A stretch of DNA of 64,000 nucleotides from assembly GCA_963753595.1 (NCBI GenBank), contig CAVWCX010000036.1, positions 32,001-96,000 of the forward strand, in the 5' to 3' direction. Below are positions 50,004-59,807 of the stretch, piece by piece (position 1 is the stretch's first letter; each line of letters starts with the position of its first letter). Both the position numbers and the translations under genes were made by a program. The notes under the pieces are model-generated. The model ran no database searches. It was not told the DNA's origin and saw only the letters and a program-made list of their open reading frames with translations. This stretch comes from Candidatus Methanoperedenaceae archaeon (GTDB taxonomy: Archaea > Halobacteriota > Methanosarcinia > Methanosarcinales > Methanoperedenaceae).

Positions 50004-50555
50004 TTACCAGCTTTTTCCGAATTTTTCCCTGAATATAAGTTGACCAAGTTCCTTCCTTTCCGGAATCCTTTTCGTATCAACAGGATGCCCCAGGGCAACT
50101 ACAGCCATTAATTCAAATGAATCCGGAGCTCCAAGGACTTTATTGACATTTTCCTTATTATCCAGTATCTCGCCGAGCCAGACTGCCCCAAGTCCAATGG
50201 AATGAGTGGCAAGGAGCATATTCTGGATACATGCGCCTATTGATTGCACATCTTTTACATAATGGTACATGTGGTCTTTGTCCAGGAAAACAACTATCAA
50301 AAGTGGTGCTTTCTTAATAGTAGGGCCATATTTGGTAAGATTTGATAGTGCGACCTTTGTTCCGGACTCACGGACTATAATAAATCGCCATGCCTGGTTG
50401 TTCAAACCCGAGGGTGCCCATCTTCCCGCCTCAAGGATCTGTAATACTTTCTCATCACTCACATTTTCATCAGTAAATCCACGAACACTGCGTCTTGATT
50501 TTATTGCTTCTATCGTATCCATATTATCACCCATACTATCCATATTATTATCCAT
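50004..50555 (-). CDS. Nitroreductase family protein
   Basis: RRSVRGF, WAPSGLNNQAW, QNMLLA..GLG.VW. Confidence 0.92.
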   Translation of the reverse strand: MDNNMDSMGDNMDTIEAIKSRRSVRGFTDENVSDEKVLQILEAGRWAPSGLNNQAWRFIIVRESGTKVALSNLTKYGPTIKKAPLLIVVFLDKDHMYHYVKDVQSIGACIQNMLLATHSIGLGAVWLGEILDNKENVNKVLGAPDSFELMAVVALGHPVDTKRIPERKELGQLIFREKFGKSW

Positions 50556-50883
50556 ACATTAGAGGATCAGGAGGCGCCATTTGCATCATCGGAATAAGGT
50601 TTTCAAGTGATATCGGGAAAACTGCCATAATTTTTTCGCCGCATACCGGACATTTCCTTGACAAATTCAGTGGAGTTACTCTGATCGTTTCATCATATAT
50701 AGATTCGGAAATATATGTGCTGACTGTCTGGATGGTCTGTCCGATATCAAATTCCCCGCCTGAAAGAAAATCATAATAAGTAATTTTTTCGGAAAACCCG
50801 CATTTGCATTTCAGCTCGATCTTATTTTTCAGGAACCTGTTGTTCCTGTTTTTTTGGATCAATGAAATAATCGTATCCTTCAT
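50548..50883 (-). CDS. Hypothetical protein with Zn-ribbon-like CxC and CxxC motifs
   Basis: CKCG and CPVCG; overlaps the nitroreductase start. Confidence 0.7.
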   Translation of the reverse strand: MKDTIISLIQKNRNNRFLKNKIELKCKCGFSEKITYYDFLSGGEFDIGQTIQTVSTYISESIYDETIRVTPLNLSRKCPVCGEKIMAVFPISLENLIPMMQMAPPDPLMYG

Positions 50884-50943
50884 CTATTGTTAGATTCATT
50901 TACATGTACTAAATTATTTCGTAAGCTGTGGGTGCAAAATCTG

Positions 50944-51181
50944 TTGGTGTTAAATCTTGCATAGAGTAACTTTGCGCTCTTTGCGTACTTTGCGGTGCAC
51001 GATTTTTCACTGCAAAGTCGGCCATTAACTGTGGTTCATAAATGAACATGAAAAAAACAGCAAATTAAACGAACTGTTACGAACTCCGGTAGCGTGAGTT
51101 CGTTTCAGTTCGTAAGAGTTAGTTGTTTATTTTTTTCATACCAGGGCGCAAAGTACGCAAAGGGTTTGCTCTCAACACCAA
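50944..51181. repeat. Nested inverted-repeat region containing copy 2 (51039-51139) of the palindromic element
   Basis: CTTTGCGTACTTTGCG 50979-50994 pairs with 51147-51162; TTGGTGTT 50944 pairs with AACACCAA 51174. Confidence 0.75.
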
Positions 51182-51225
51182 ACTTTTTGACAGCCCCGTA
51201 GTGCTTCTAATGCATTTCAGGGAAA

Positions 51226-51954
51226 TTAAAATGTCTTGAATCCAAAAGCGATTAAAAACATTATAAGCAGAGGCTGGTGAATTAAATAAACAGTTAACGA
51301 ATGTTTACCCAAAAACTTGAATATACCTGAAAAACTGCTATTGAACTTGATTTTTTCAGTTTTTGAAACGATATATTTCCCGTAATAGATGCCAAGTAAA
51401 ATGACGCTCAGCCACGGTATGATCGGAAAATAATCGAATGTGGAAAATTTTTCAGGAACAAAACCAAGCCAGAGGAGGGATGAAAAGTGAAAAGTTTGCT
51501 GCTGCAGAAAAACACCAGTTAGAATAAGCGATAAGCCAACAATAAGGTTCAGCTTATTATACTTTATGAAAACCGGTATGAAAAAAGAGGCAACAGCGAA
51601 GAAATGCAGTATGCCGAAAAATATTGTATTCGGGCGTACAAAAACATAAGTGAATAATGTTATTAATATTGCATAAAAAAGAAGCTTCATTCCCCGTATT
51701 ATATACTTCCTTGTTACTTTTTCCTTTTGTTTTTGATAGCTTACATAAGCTGTAACACCTGATATGAAAATAAAAATAGAAGCGATAGAAACAGGAAGTA
51801 TGTAGCGGTATAAATAATTTGAGGGTATGCTAATCAAATTGAAATAATCCAGGGTGATAGAATAATTAAATAAAACCATAAATATGATATCAATACCCTT
51901 TACAAGATCAATTGCCTGTATTCTATCCTGTTCGAGGGGAGGGTTTTTTGGCAT
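51226..51954 (-). CDS. DUF1624 / heparan-alpha-glucosaminide N-acetyltransferase-like membrane protein
   Basis: RIQAID..KG, FGILH, DYFPIIPW, LGKHSL..YLIHQP. Confidence 0.85.
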   Translation of the reverse strand: MPKNPPLEQDRIQAIDLVKGIDIIFMVLFNYSITLDYFNLISIPSNYLYRYILPVSIASIFIFISGVTAYVSYQKQKEKVTRKYIIRGMKLLFYAILITLFTYVFVRPNTIFFGILHFFAVASFFIPVFIKYNKLNLIVGLSLILTGVFLQQQTFHFSSLLWLGFVPEKFSTFDYFPIIPWLSVILLGIYYGKYIVSKTEKIKFNSSFSGIFKFLGKHSLTVYLIHQPLLIMFLIAFGFKTF

Positions 51955-52090
51955 TCATTATACTCTTAGGGATTAATCGTTAATAAGATAGCGGTATTTC
52001 AGAGATCAAACCGAAAAGTTACTATATATGAGGTCAATAATATAGAATAAGGGAAAGAACCAGAATAAATTAGCTGACGGGGAGGATGCT

Positions 52091-52807
52091 ATGCCTTTAC
52101 TTGAGATCAAAGAAATTACATATGGGGTGAAAGAAAAAGAGATTTTTTCAGGACTCTCACTTGTAGTTGATCCGGGGGAAGTCCACGCAATTATTGGAAA
52201 AAATGGTACCGGGAAAAGCACTCTTGCATATCTGATCATGGGATGCGAAGGTTACATTCCCGCAACAGGAGAGATAATGTTTGACGGAAAAGTCATAAAT
52301 CACCTGTTGCTGCATGAAAGAGCAAAGCTTGGAATTACTATGGCATGGCAGGAGCCTGTGAGGTTTGAAGGCATTTCCGTAAAGGATTACCTGACCCTGG
52401 GAAATAAAGAAATTGACCCATCGAGGTATCTTGAATTGGCAGGACTGAATCCGGGGCTTTACCTTGAAAGGACAATGGACAGGACCCTTAGCGGCGGTGA
52501 AAGAAAAAGGATCGAACTGGCATCTGTTGTTACACTTAATCCAAGACTTGTTATCCTTGATGAACCCGACTCAGGCATAGACATGCTTTCGATCCAGGAC
52601 ATTTTGAATGTCATCACTGAATTCAAGGAACACGGAGCATCAGTGCTTTTAATTACACACAGGGAGGAGATCGCAAATATCGCTGACAGGGCCTCTGAGA
52701 TATGTAATGGAAGAATAATCTGTTCTGGCACACCTTTGAAAGTCACCAGTTATTATAAATCCAGAAAATGTGAAGTTTGCATCGAGGAGGAATGTGTATA
52801 TGTCTGA
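52091..52807 (+). CDS. sufC: SufC/SmsC-type ABC ATPase for Fe-S assembly
   Basis: GKNGTGKST, LSGGERKRIE, LDEPDSG, C-terminal CxxC. Confidence 0.85.
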   Translation: MPLLEIKEITYGVKEKEIFSGLSLVVDPGEVHAIIGKNGTGKSTLAYLIMGCEGYIPATGEIMFDGKVINHLLLHERAKLGITMAWQEPVRFEGISVKDYLTLGNKEIDPSRYLELAGLNPGLYLERTMDRTLSGGERKRIELASVVTLNPRLVILDEPDSGIDMLSIQDILNVITEFKEHGASVLLITHREEIANIADRASEICNGRIICSGTPLKVTSYYKSRKCEVCIEEECVYV

Positions 52808-53735
52808 GCTTGATGAATTGATGAAGACATTCGGAGAAGCTGGCGGCGATAAAAGCATCCTGGCAAAAGAAGATATTTCACATATTGTAGCAAGCGGTCA
52901 TAAGATATTGAGTATGAGGGCAGTAAAAGGTATTGAGGTCGAGGCCGCCGGGACCGAATCCGGGATTTCAGTTAAGGTAAAGGTGCTTGAAGGTACCAGG
53001 CTTTTGAATCCTGTACATATCTGCTTCGGGGTTCTCCATAAGAGCGGTATCCAAAGAATAAATATGGATGTAAAATTTGAAAAAGATTCAGGAGCAAGCT
53101 TCATCGCTCATTGCATTTTCCCGAAAGCCGAAAAAGTAAAGCATATCATGGACGCGGTGATCGACATCGGTGAAAATGCAACAATGAGATATTCCGAGGT
53201 ACATTATCACGGGATATATGGGGGGATAGAGGTATATCCAAAAGCTGTTGTAAAAATCGGAAAAAATGGGAAGTATTTCACGGATTTTTTATTAGTCAGT
53301 GGACGTGTGGGGAAGCTTGAGATCGATTATTCGGTTAAAGTTGGTGAAAATGCAGTAACTGAAATAACTGCGCGGGTGTTCGGGCATGGGAATGATAATA
53401 TTTCAATAATGGATAAGGTTGCACTTGATGGTGCGAATTCAAAGGGGCTGATAAAAACAAGGGTGGCGATCGAAGATAACGCACAGGCGCAAGTAACAGG
53501 TATTACGCAAGGCAATGCTCCGGGTGCAAGAGGGCATGTTGACTGCATGGAGATCGTCAAGGACAAAGCTGTGGCAAAAGCAATACCTATTGTGATGGTA
53601 AGTAACTCGCTTGCGAAAGTAACACATGAGGCTGCTATCGGAAGTGTTGATAAGAAACAGCTTGAGACCCTGATGGCACACGGCCTCTGTCCTGAGGAAG
53701 CGGTTGATGTGATCGTGAGGGGAATTTTGAAATGA
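52800..53735 (+). CDS. sufB: SufB/D-family (SmsB) Fe-S scaffold
   Basis: PVHICFG, ARGHVDC.EI, THEAAIGSV..QLETLMA.GL. Confidence 0.88.
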   Translation: MSELDELMKTFGEAGGDKSILAKEDISHIVASGHKILSMRAVKGIEVEAAGTESGISVKVKVLEGTRLLNPVHICFGVLHKSGIQRINMDVKFEKDSGASFIAHCIFPKAEKVKHIMDAVIDIGENATMRYSEVHYHGIYGGIEVYPKAVVKIGKNGKYFTDFLLVSGRVGKLEIDYSVKVGENAVTEITARVFGHGNDNISIMDKVALDGANSKGLIKTRVAIEDNAQAQVTGITQGNAPGARGHVDCMEIVKDKAVAKAIPIVMVSNSLAKVTHEAAIGSVDKKQLETLMAHGLCPEEAVDVIVRGILK

Positions 53736-53787
53736 AAAAATATTTAACAGTTCATCAAATTTGGTGAAGCTAAATGAGGTGATATAA

Positions 53788-54054
53788 ATGGGAAGGATAA
53801 ATAGCCAGACAAATGATAACAGGATAACCCTGGTACGTATAGGGGATACTCAGATCGGTCTTGCATCTGTGGGTGAAATATTTGAAAGAATATACCAGGG
53901 AAAGAAGAAACCGGAAGAGATCGAAAGAATTGAACTTGTCAGGGAACTTTCAGACTATAATTATGTGCCAGACGGATCATGGAATGAATATGCAGATGTT
54001 CTGGTCAGTGAATATGAAAAATATTATAATAAAAAGCTCATGAAATCAAAATAA
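53788..54054 (+). CDS. Small hypothetical protein
   Basis: GAGGTG RBS, 88 aa, NYVP..EY..L..EY pattern. Confidence 0.7.
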   Translation: MGRINSQTNDNRITLVRIGDTQIGLASVGEIFERIYQGKKKPEEIERIELVRELSDYNYVPDGSWNEYADVLVSEYEKYYNKKLMKSK

Positions 54055-54158
54055 GATAATGCAGATACGCTATCACAAATCCGCGTTTATCGGCGTCCCG
54101 ATTACCCGTCGGGAGCGAAGAAGGTATATCTTCATAGAACTCAATTTTAAATCATATT

Positions 54159-54371
54159 ATGAATGAAGGTAATAATCGAGGAAATATTAAAGTCGGATCA
54201 AATGTCGGGGTAGTTTTAAAACAAGATCAAAGGAGTGGAAAAATAACTCAAGGCATAGTAAAGAGAATTTTGACTAATTCTTCCAATCACCCGCATGGAA
54301 TAAAGGTAGAATTGGAAAATGGGCAGGTTGGAAGAGTGAAGGAAATTCATTTAAGTACAGGGAAAAAATAA
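54159..54371 (+). CDS. YwbE/DUF2196 family protein
   Basis: LKQDQRSG..G.V..ILT.S..HPHGIKV.L..GQVGRV. Confidence 0.9.
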   Translation: MNEGNNRGNIKVGSNVGVVLKQDQRSGKITQGIVKRILTNSSNHPHGIKVELENGQVGRVKEIHLSTGKK

Positions 54372-54437
54372 TCGTAAAGACCCCTCAGTGAAGCTCCCAT
54401 CCAAAGCAGAGCTGTGGGGTATTCCGATAAAATAAAT

Positions 54438-54629
54438 TTACAACTTCTGGTTCTGAATATATTTGTCAGGGCATGATATGCATATTTTACAATTGCACCA
54501 ATTCATTCCTACGAGTTCTATATTATTGTCCAGAATATATAAATGTTCAATCTCTTTAACAGTGAATCCAGCTTTTAGCAGCTTTATGCGGTATAGGCTT
54601 TCACATAAAAGTGGTTTTGTACTATTCAT
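54438..54629 (-). CDS. Small protein with C-terminal CxCxxCxxC
   Basis: GGGGTGA RBS before ATG at 54629; 63 aa. Confidence 0.55.
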   Translation of the reverse strand: MNSTKPLLCESLYRIKLLKAGFTVKEIEHLYILDNNIELVGMNWCNCKICISCPDKYIQNQKL

Positions 54630-54691
54630 CGTCTCACCCCGGTCATGGACGTTCCACATTTATGATCCTGCCTGCCGGTTGACAATATGAT

Positions 54692-54723
54692 AAAAAAAAG
54701 ATAGGTGAAATTTCACCTATCTT
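54692..54723 (-). terminator. Palindromic hairpin plus U tract
   Basis: Perfect AAGATAGGTGAAATTTCACCTATCTT next to an A-run. Confidence 0.65.
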
Positions 54724-54740
54724 ACAGCCTTTTTTCCGGT

Positions 54741-55985
54741 TCAGTCCTCTTTTTTAGAACCATTTTTTCTCGTCTCACGTTCTCCTTTCTTCTCAACAAT
54801 GTTAGAGCTTTCTGATTTTTTTGACTTTTCTATATCTCCTGAATTCTCAATCTCTTTACCATTCTCAACTTTTTTATTTTCCAGGACTTTGAGTTCTAAT
54901 CCTTTAAGTATTTCATCAGGATTGAGTTCTGAAAGTTTCTTATTGATCCCATCAACGATTCCGGACTTTGTTGTTTCATTAAGATGGAATTTATATTCTA
55001 CTTTGACATCGGTAAAGTTCCCTTCAACTTTTGCTTTGACATCAAGTTTTACCCTATAATCCTTCGAATCTTTTTCGTTCTCTGATGCGGTCAATGTTGT
55101 TGTAGGAGCTCCTGTAACATCTGTGTCGTCATCTTGTTCAAGCTTTAAATTTTCACTTAGATTTATTCTGAGGTTATTAAGTTCATCAAGTGTCTCTTCA
55201 ACAATATCTGTTTCATTGGTACTGTTTGTCTGGAATCTCAGATAGATATTGACAGTCGAACCATTATCCGTTACCTCTGCTTTTATCTGGGTTCGCTCCT
55301 TTGCATCCGCAGATTCATCATGCTCTTCTACTCTTCCATCTTCTTCCATTTCAACCCGGCCAAATTTTCGTGCCGTCCTGGATCTAAACTTTTCCTCAAG
55401 GTCCTTGCTGTTGTTGTAAGCTCTCTCCAGTCCTGTATTATTAGGGTGTGAGATACTTAGATTTTCAAGAATACGCTGATGCTTTGATATCATCTGCTGT
55501 GCATGGATGAGTCCAGTATCATTGTCGGAAAGTTTAGACATTGAACCGTTTACTTCATTGATTTTCGCTTCATACTCAGCAATTGCTTTGTTTGCTGCTC
55601 CAGTATCATTTCTTTTAAGAGCGGCTCTTGCTTCAGCTATCCTCTTTCTTGCATGAGATACCTGTTTTCCCAGTTTTTCACTTGCATTGAAAGTGAAGAC
55701 CTCACCTATATTTTCAAATGCTATGCTTAATCCATATAATGCATTTCCGGGACCGATCAGACTATCATCTTCAGTCTCATCATCATCCGCTACAGTATCA
55801 TTTAAACCGACAGTTAATGTTTCAGTTGAGTTTCCCGTTACAGTTAGTGTTTCGGTTGAATTTCCCGTTACATTTACTGAGGGTGTTTCATTACCCGTAC
55901 TATTCTCTATAGCCCCAGCCATGCCTATAGTAAAGGCCAGGACTATCAGGATCACGCCTGTCAGGGTTATATTTCTCAATCTCAT
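54741..55985 (-). CDS. Secreted acidic glycoprotein-like protein (DUF5667-like domain)
   Basis: Signal peptide, many N-x-S/T sequons, 30-nt tandem repeat at 55810-55869, IGPGNALYGL..AFE motif. Confidence 0.7.
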   Translation of the reverse strand: MRLRNITLTGVILIVLAFTIGMAGAIENSTGNETPSVNVTGNSTETLTVTGNSTETLTVGLNDTVADDDETEDDSLIGPGNALYGLSIAFENIGEVFTFNASEKLGKQVSHARKRIAEARAALKRNDTGAANKAIAEYEAKINEVNGSMSKLSDNDTGLIHAQQMISKHQRILENLSISHPNNTGLERAYNNSKDLEEKFRSRTARKFGRVEMEEDGRVEEHDESADAKERTQIKAEVTDNGSTVNIYLRFQTNSTNETDIVEETLDELNNLRINLSENLKLEQDDDTDVTGAPTTTLTASENEKDSKDYRVKLDVKAKVEGNFTDVKVEYKFHLNETTKSGIVDGINKKLSELNPDEILKGLELKVLENKKVENGKEIENSGDIEKSKKSESSNIVEKKGERETRKNGSKKED

Positions 55986-56369
55986 AATTTCACCTCTTTT
56001 TTTAGTCGGCATTTTGCCGGTAAGAACTATTACGCTTATCATGAATTTAAGCAAACTTACTGTCTAATAATATTTTAAAGTGCATTCTTACCCGGAAAAG
56101 TGTTAAATAATTTATAATCGTCCTATTTCCTTTATATAACCTTTATAACAGATAAAACAGGGAAAAGAACTATTAAAAACAAAGAATTGTTGGTGATCCT
56201 GCCTGAGGCACAACTCCGCTGAAAATATAATATTACTTAGACGTGGGGTCAAGGGGTAGAGAACCCTGCGCCCTTCGAGGGCGCAGATGAATCGTACCCC
56301 TGCTTATAGATTAGTTTCACACCACTCTATCATAAGGGCTATATGTATTCAGAACTATGTCTATGCTGC

Positions 56370-57530
56370 ATGAAAATAACGTATCAGTTCAGGATATACC
56401 CTAACAAAAATCCAGAGGTTATCATGAATAGAACTCTATCTACATGCAGAAAACTCTATAATGAAAAACTTGCAGAACGAAAGAAGCAAGCAGAGCTTAA
56501 TCGGTTGAGAAAATCATTTGATGTTTTTCCGTGGGGAAAACCGGAATGGATAGACTATTATGAGCAGAAACTTGGTTTAACAGCTACCAAAACACTATTT
56601 CAAAAAGAAGTCCATTCTCAGGTACTCCAAGATGTGATCAAAAGGGTTGATCGAAGTTTCAAGAATTTCTATAAGGGTTTCGGCTATCCACGGTTTCAAG
56701 GAAGAAATAGATACAATAGTTTTACGTATCCCCAATCGGGTTTTGAACTGAAAGATGGAAAACTCATTCTCTCTAAGATCGGGGCTATCAAGATCGTCCA
56801 GCACCGGGAAATCGAAGGTAAAATCAAGACCTGTACCATCAAGAAGGATATTGACCAATGGTATGTTTCCTTTTCATGTGAAATCGAAGAGCATATCCCG
56901 GTTGAAGTCAAAACCAAAACAGGAATAGACGTTGGATTAATCGACCTGATAACCCTGAGTAACGGGGAACAGGTCAAACCGCCGAAGTTCCTGCGGGAAT
57001 CAGAGGATAAGCTGACACAGGAACAGAAGCGGTTAAGCCGGAAAAGGAAAGGGTCAGGGAAAAGGAATAAGCAGCGGGTGATAGTATCAAAAGTACATAG
57101 AAAAATCAGGAATCAAAGAAAAGATTTTGCTCATAAGACCAGCAAGGTTCTTGTGGATTCCTATGACCGTATCGTGTTTGAAGATTTGCAAATAAAGAAC
57201 ATGGTGCAGAACCATCATCTTGCCAAATCCATATCCGATGCAGGCTGGCATCAATTAATGCAATTCACGAAATCCAAGGCAGAATGTGCCGGGAAAACAG
57301 TTGAATTCGTTAATCCGGCTGGAACATCCCAAACCTGTATCTGCGGATATCCTGTACCGAAAGACCTTTCAGTGAGGATACATCGGTGTCCTTCCTGTGG
57401 TCTTGTCATGGGAAGAGATCAGGTATCTGCAATATTAATCGAAAATAGATGTACGGTAGGAACTACCGGAATTAACGCCCGTCAAGGATATCTCGTAGTA
57501 TCAATGCAGCGGGACGCTCCGTGGCTTTAG
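56370..57530 (+). CDS. tnpB: TnpB RNA-guided nuclease
   Basis: YQFRIYPN HTH, RuvC GIDVG / FEDL / RD, Zn finger TSQTC.CG..CPSCG. Confidence 0.95.
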   Translation: MKITYQFRIYPNKNPEVIMNRTLSTCRKLYNEKLAERKKQAELNRLRKSFDVFPWGKPEWIDYYEQKLGLTATKTLFQKEVHSQVLQDVIKRVDRSFKNFYKGFGYPRFQGRNRYNSFTYPQSGFELKDGKLILSKIGAIKIVQHREIEGKIKTCTIKKDIDQWYVSFSCEIEEHIPVEVKTKTGIDVGLIDLITLSNGEQVKPPKFLRESEDKLTQEQKRLSRKRKGSGKRNKQRVIVSKVHRKIRNQRKDFAHKTSKVLVDSYDRIVFEDLQIKNMVQNHHLAKSISDAGWHQLMQFTKSKAECAGKTVEFVNPAGTSQTCICGYPVPKDLSVRIHRCPSCGLVMGRDQVSAILIENRCTVGTTGINARQGYLVVSMQRDAPWL

Positions 57531-59259
57531 AGGTTGACCGACATTTGATATCAAATACAGTTTATTCAAGCAATGTTTCAGCAATAATTGCCTAATTTTT
57601 CAGACAAACAAAAAAAAACGATACTTCTTCTCCAATTTAACATCTTACTTCAATAAATCCATTCAAAAAGTTCCACATTCTTCTCAGGTTTGAAGCAATG
57701 CAGGTAAGATTGAACTCAATTTTCGCCCCATTAATCCCTCTCAACAGAAATTCCCTGAACCCAAGATTCCTCTTGATATGACCAAAGATGCACTCCACGA
57801 CCTTTTTCCTCGTCTGATATGTCAATGCTCCCTCTTTTGACATCAATTTAGAAGCCATCTTCCTTCTTTCCTCTTCCATCCCCTCATAATTCTTGATCAC
57901 TTTTCCATCCCGAGAGTTCTTTGAACATTTTTTACGATCAGGACATTGCTTACACTGAGTGCCTTTATAAATCCGCACATTTCTGTTTTTGGCAATATCC
58001 ACATACTCAAAACGGAACGTCAGTTTCTGATTATTGGGGCAAATGAAACAATCTTCTATCGGGTCATAATCGAAATTCTCTTTACCGAATGGGTTTTCTG
58101 GTTTTCCTTCATTTTTGTTCAGGTTTGATGCCGTTTTTTCATCCGGGATATAGCCATCCAGCTTTTTTTTCTTCATGAATTTGAGATTCTTGCTGCTTGA
58201 ATATCCATTATCAGCACTCACCTTCGTACCTTCCGGAAGGGTTCCAACATTCTCTTCTGCCTGTATTATCTGAGGCTGAAGCTGATTTGCATCCCTTACC
58301 TCTGACGTGACATCGTTGGAAATGATTATCCCAAAAGAAGAATCCGCTGTTATCTGAGGATTATAGGAATATTCAGTGACCTTCTTGTTATTTGGCATGA
58401 ACCTGCTTTCAGGATCAGTAGCACTGATGGCACTCTCTGATTTTTCGATTTCTTTTTCGATCTTATCAACCTGTTTCTTGATTTTTTCTTTTTGTTCTTT
58501 GCTCCCTGACTGATATTTCTCTTTCAATTTTTCCGCTATCGTTTTGTCAAAGATGTTATCTGGCAGCTCATCGATATTCTTATCACCATGGATCCTGTCC
58601 TCTTCCTCGTCTATTCTGATGCCTTCTTCCAGTTCTCTTTCAACGAGTTCCTTCAATTTTAAAAAATCATCTTTTGTTACTGCACTGTGATTTGATGCAT
58701 TGGCTTTTATTTTTGTTCCATCAATGCATATGTGACCAAGAGATACCATGCCAAGATCTTTTGCGAATTTTACAACTTCATGAAATGATGATTTGACCAT
58801 TTCAAGATTGTTTTTCCGAAAGTCGCTTATCGTCCTGAAATCAGGTTGGAGAAGACCTGCAAGGTAAATGTATACCACGTTCTCTCTAGCATTTTTTGCT
58901 ATTATCCTTGATGAACGTACTCCATCTATTTGACCCAATATCAGAAGCTTGAGGATGAGTTTTGGATGATATGCGGGGTGTCCTGCTCCTTCGTATTCCT
59001 TTTCGATATCAGATAGATCCATATTCTGGATTATTTTATCAACCAGATGGCAGATGTGATTTTTTGGTATCATATCACGAATGTTTGGAGGTAAGAGCAG
59101 TTCCTGGTCTTTGAGGTCTTTATAGAAAGTCATATTTATTTAAAAACTGTATTTGTATGATATAAATGTTTTGAAATTATTTCGCAAGCAATGGGCTTGA
59201 TTATAATTTGGAATTATGGAAAAATCGGAGAGTTTTTCAGTTAATTATCGGACAGCCTC
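57530..59259 (-). mobile_element. IS1182-family insertion sequence
   Basis: Imperfect TIRs GAGGTTGACCGACATTTGA / GAGGCTGTCCGATAATTAA; CTTTA duplicated at 57525-57529 and 59260-59264. Confidence 0.9.
57637..59133 (-). CDS. IS1182 transposase
   Basis: G.PAYHP, PDFRTISDFR, IDGTKIKANAS, TDPESR, ADNGY, R...VE..FG.IK. Confidence 0.95.
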   Translation of the reverse strand: MTFYKDLKDQELLLPPNIRDMIPKNHICHLVDKIIQNMDLSDIEKEYEGAGHPAYHPKLILKLLILGQIDGVRSSRIIAKNARENVVYIYLAGLLQPDFRTISDFRKNNLEMVKSSFHEVVKFAKDLGMVSLGHICIDGTKIKANASNHSAVTKDDFLKLKELVERELEEGIRIDEEEDRIHGDKNIDELPDNIFDKTIAEKLKEKYQSGSKEQKEKIKKQVDKIEKEIEKSESAISATDPESRFMPNNKKVTEYSYNPQITADSSFGIIISNDVTSEVRDANQLQPQIIQAEENVGTLPEGTKVSADNGYSSSKNLKFMKKKKLDGYIPDEKTASNLNKNEGKPENPFGKENFDYDPIEDCFICPNNQKLTFRFEYVDIAKNRNVRIYKGTQCKQCPDRKKCSKNSRDGKVIKNYEGMEEERRKMASKLMSKEGALTYQTRKKVVECIFGHIKRNLGFREFLLRGINGAKIEFNLTCIASNLRRMWNFLNGFIEVRC

Positions 59260-59807
59260 CTTTAGCCCGGAGCAGTTCACAACCTTAAAATTTATCATTA
59301 ATAAGATATCTTGGTTTTGCCGAAAAGGTAAGGCCGAACTTCGAATATTTCCTATCGTGCGGCATTCCTGCGGGGACGCGCCGCCGATGGCGGGGTTTCA
59401 TATATGGTCAATGGTTGCAAAATCAATAGTCTAAGATAACATGTCTAACCTGCTCATATCCGGGGATTTTTTAAACCATTTTATCTCTAATCCAGATCCT
59501 CCCTCAACTGGGCAGCGCTTGTAAAAAAGCTGTCCGTGGAATAATGAAGCACCAGGCTGATAGTATCTGTGTTTTAACTTTTGAATGGGTTACCTTGCGT
59601 AAGACAGACTTTGATACATTCTTTGGGAAAAGATACTTTGGATAAAGGCAATAAATGTTTTATAGCATAACAGCGTAATTAATAATGAGGAGTAAATCAA
59701 TACAGTGGGGAAAACCATAATTGCAAATTAACAATATATTTTTATAATTAAGTTCTAATTATAAAAATATATCAGTACAATGAAGTAAATCCGGAGGAGT
59801 ATAGAAT

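Larger units (their letters stand above)
56241..59280 (+). mobile_element. tnpB-only IS200/IS605 (IS1341-like) element with its right end interrupted by IS1182
   Basis: Left hairpin CTGCGCCCT-TCG-AGGGCGCAG at 56266-56286; reconstructed right end GCTCCGTGGCTTTAGCCCGGAGCAGTTCAC; left boundary approximate. Confidence 0.8.

Noticed and set aside
50510-50555. Short tandem repeats at the nitroreductase start (MDNNMDSMGDNMD)
   Set aside because: Simple slippage giving alternative start codons; no evidence of phase variation
54060-54430. Degenerate palindromic scraps around ywbE (ATCCGCGTTTATCGGCG; ACCCCTCAG..CTGTGGGGT)
   Set aside because: Probably eroded REP/IS605-type remnants, but single-copy here and without definable ends
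59340-59400. GC-rich patch with a CCGCC/GGCGG hairpin, possible ncRNA or riboswitch
   Set aside because: No recognisable aptamer; only a 10-nt match to repeat A
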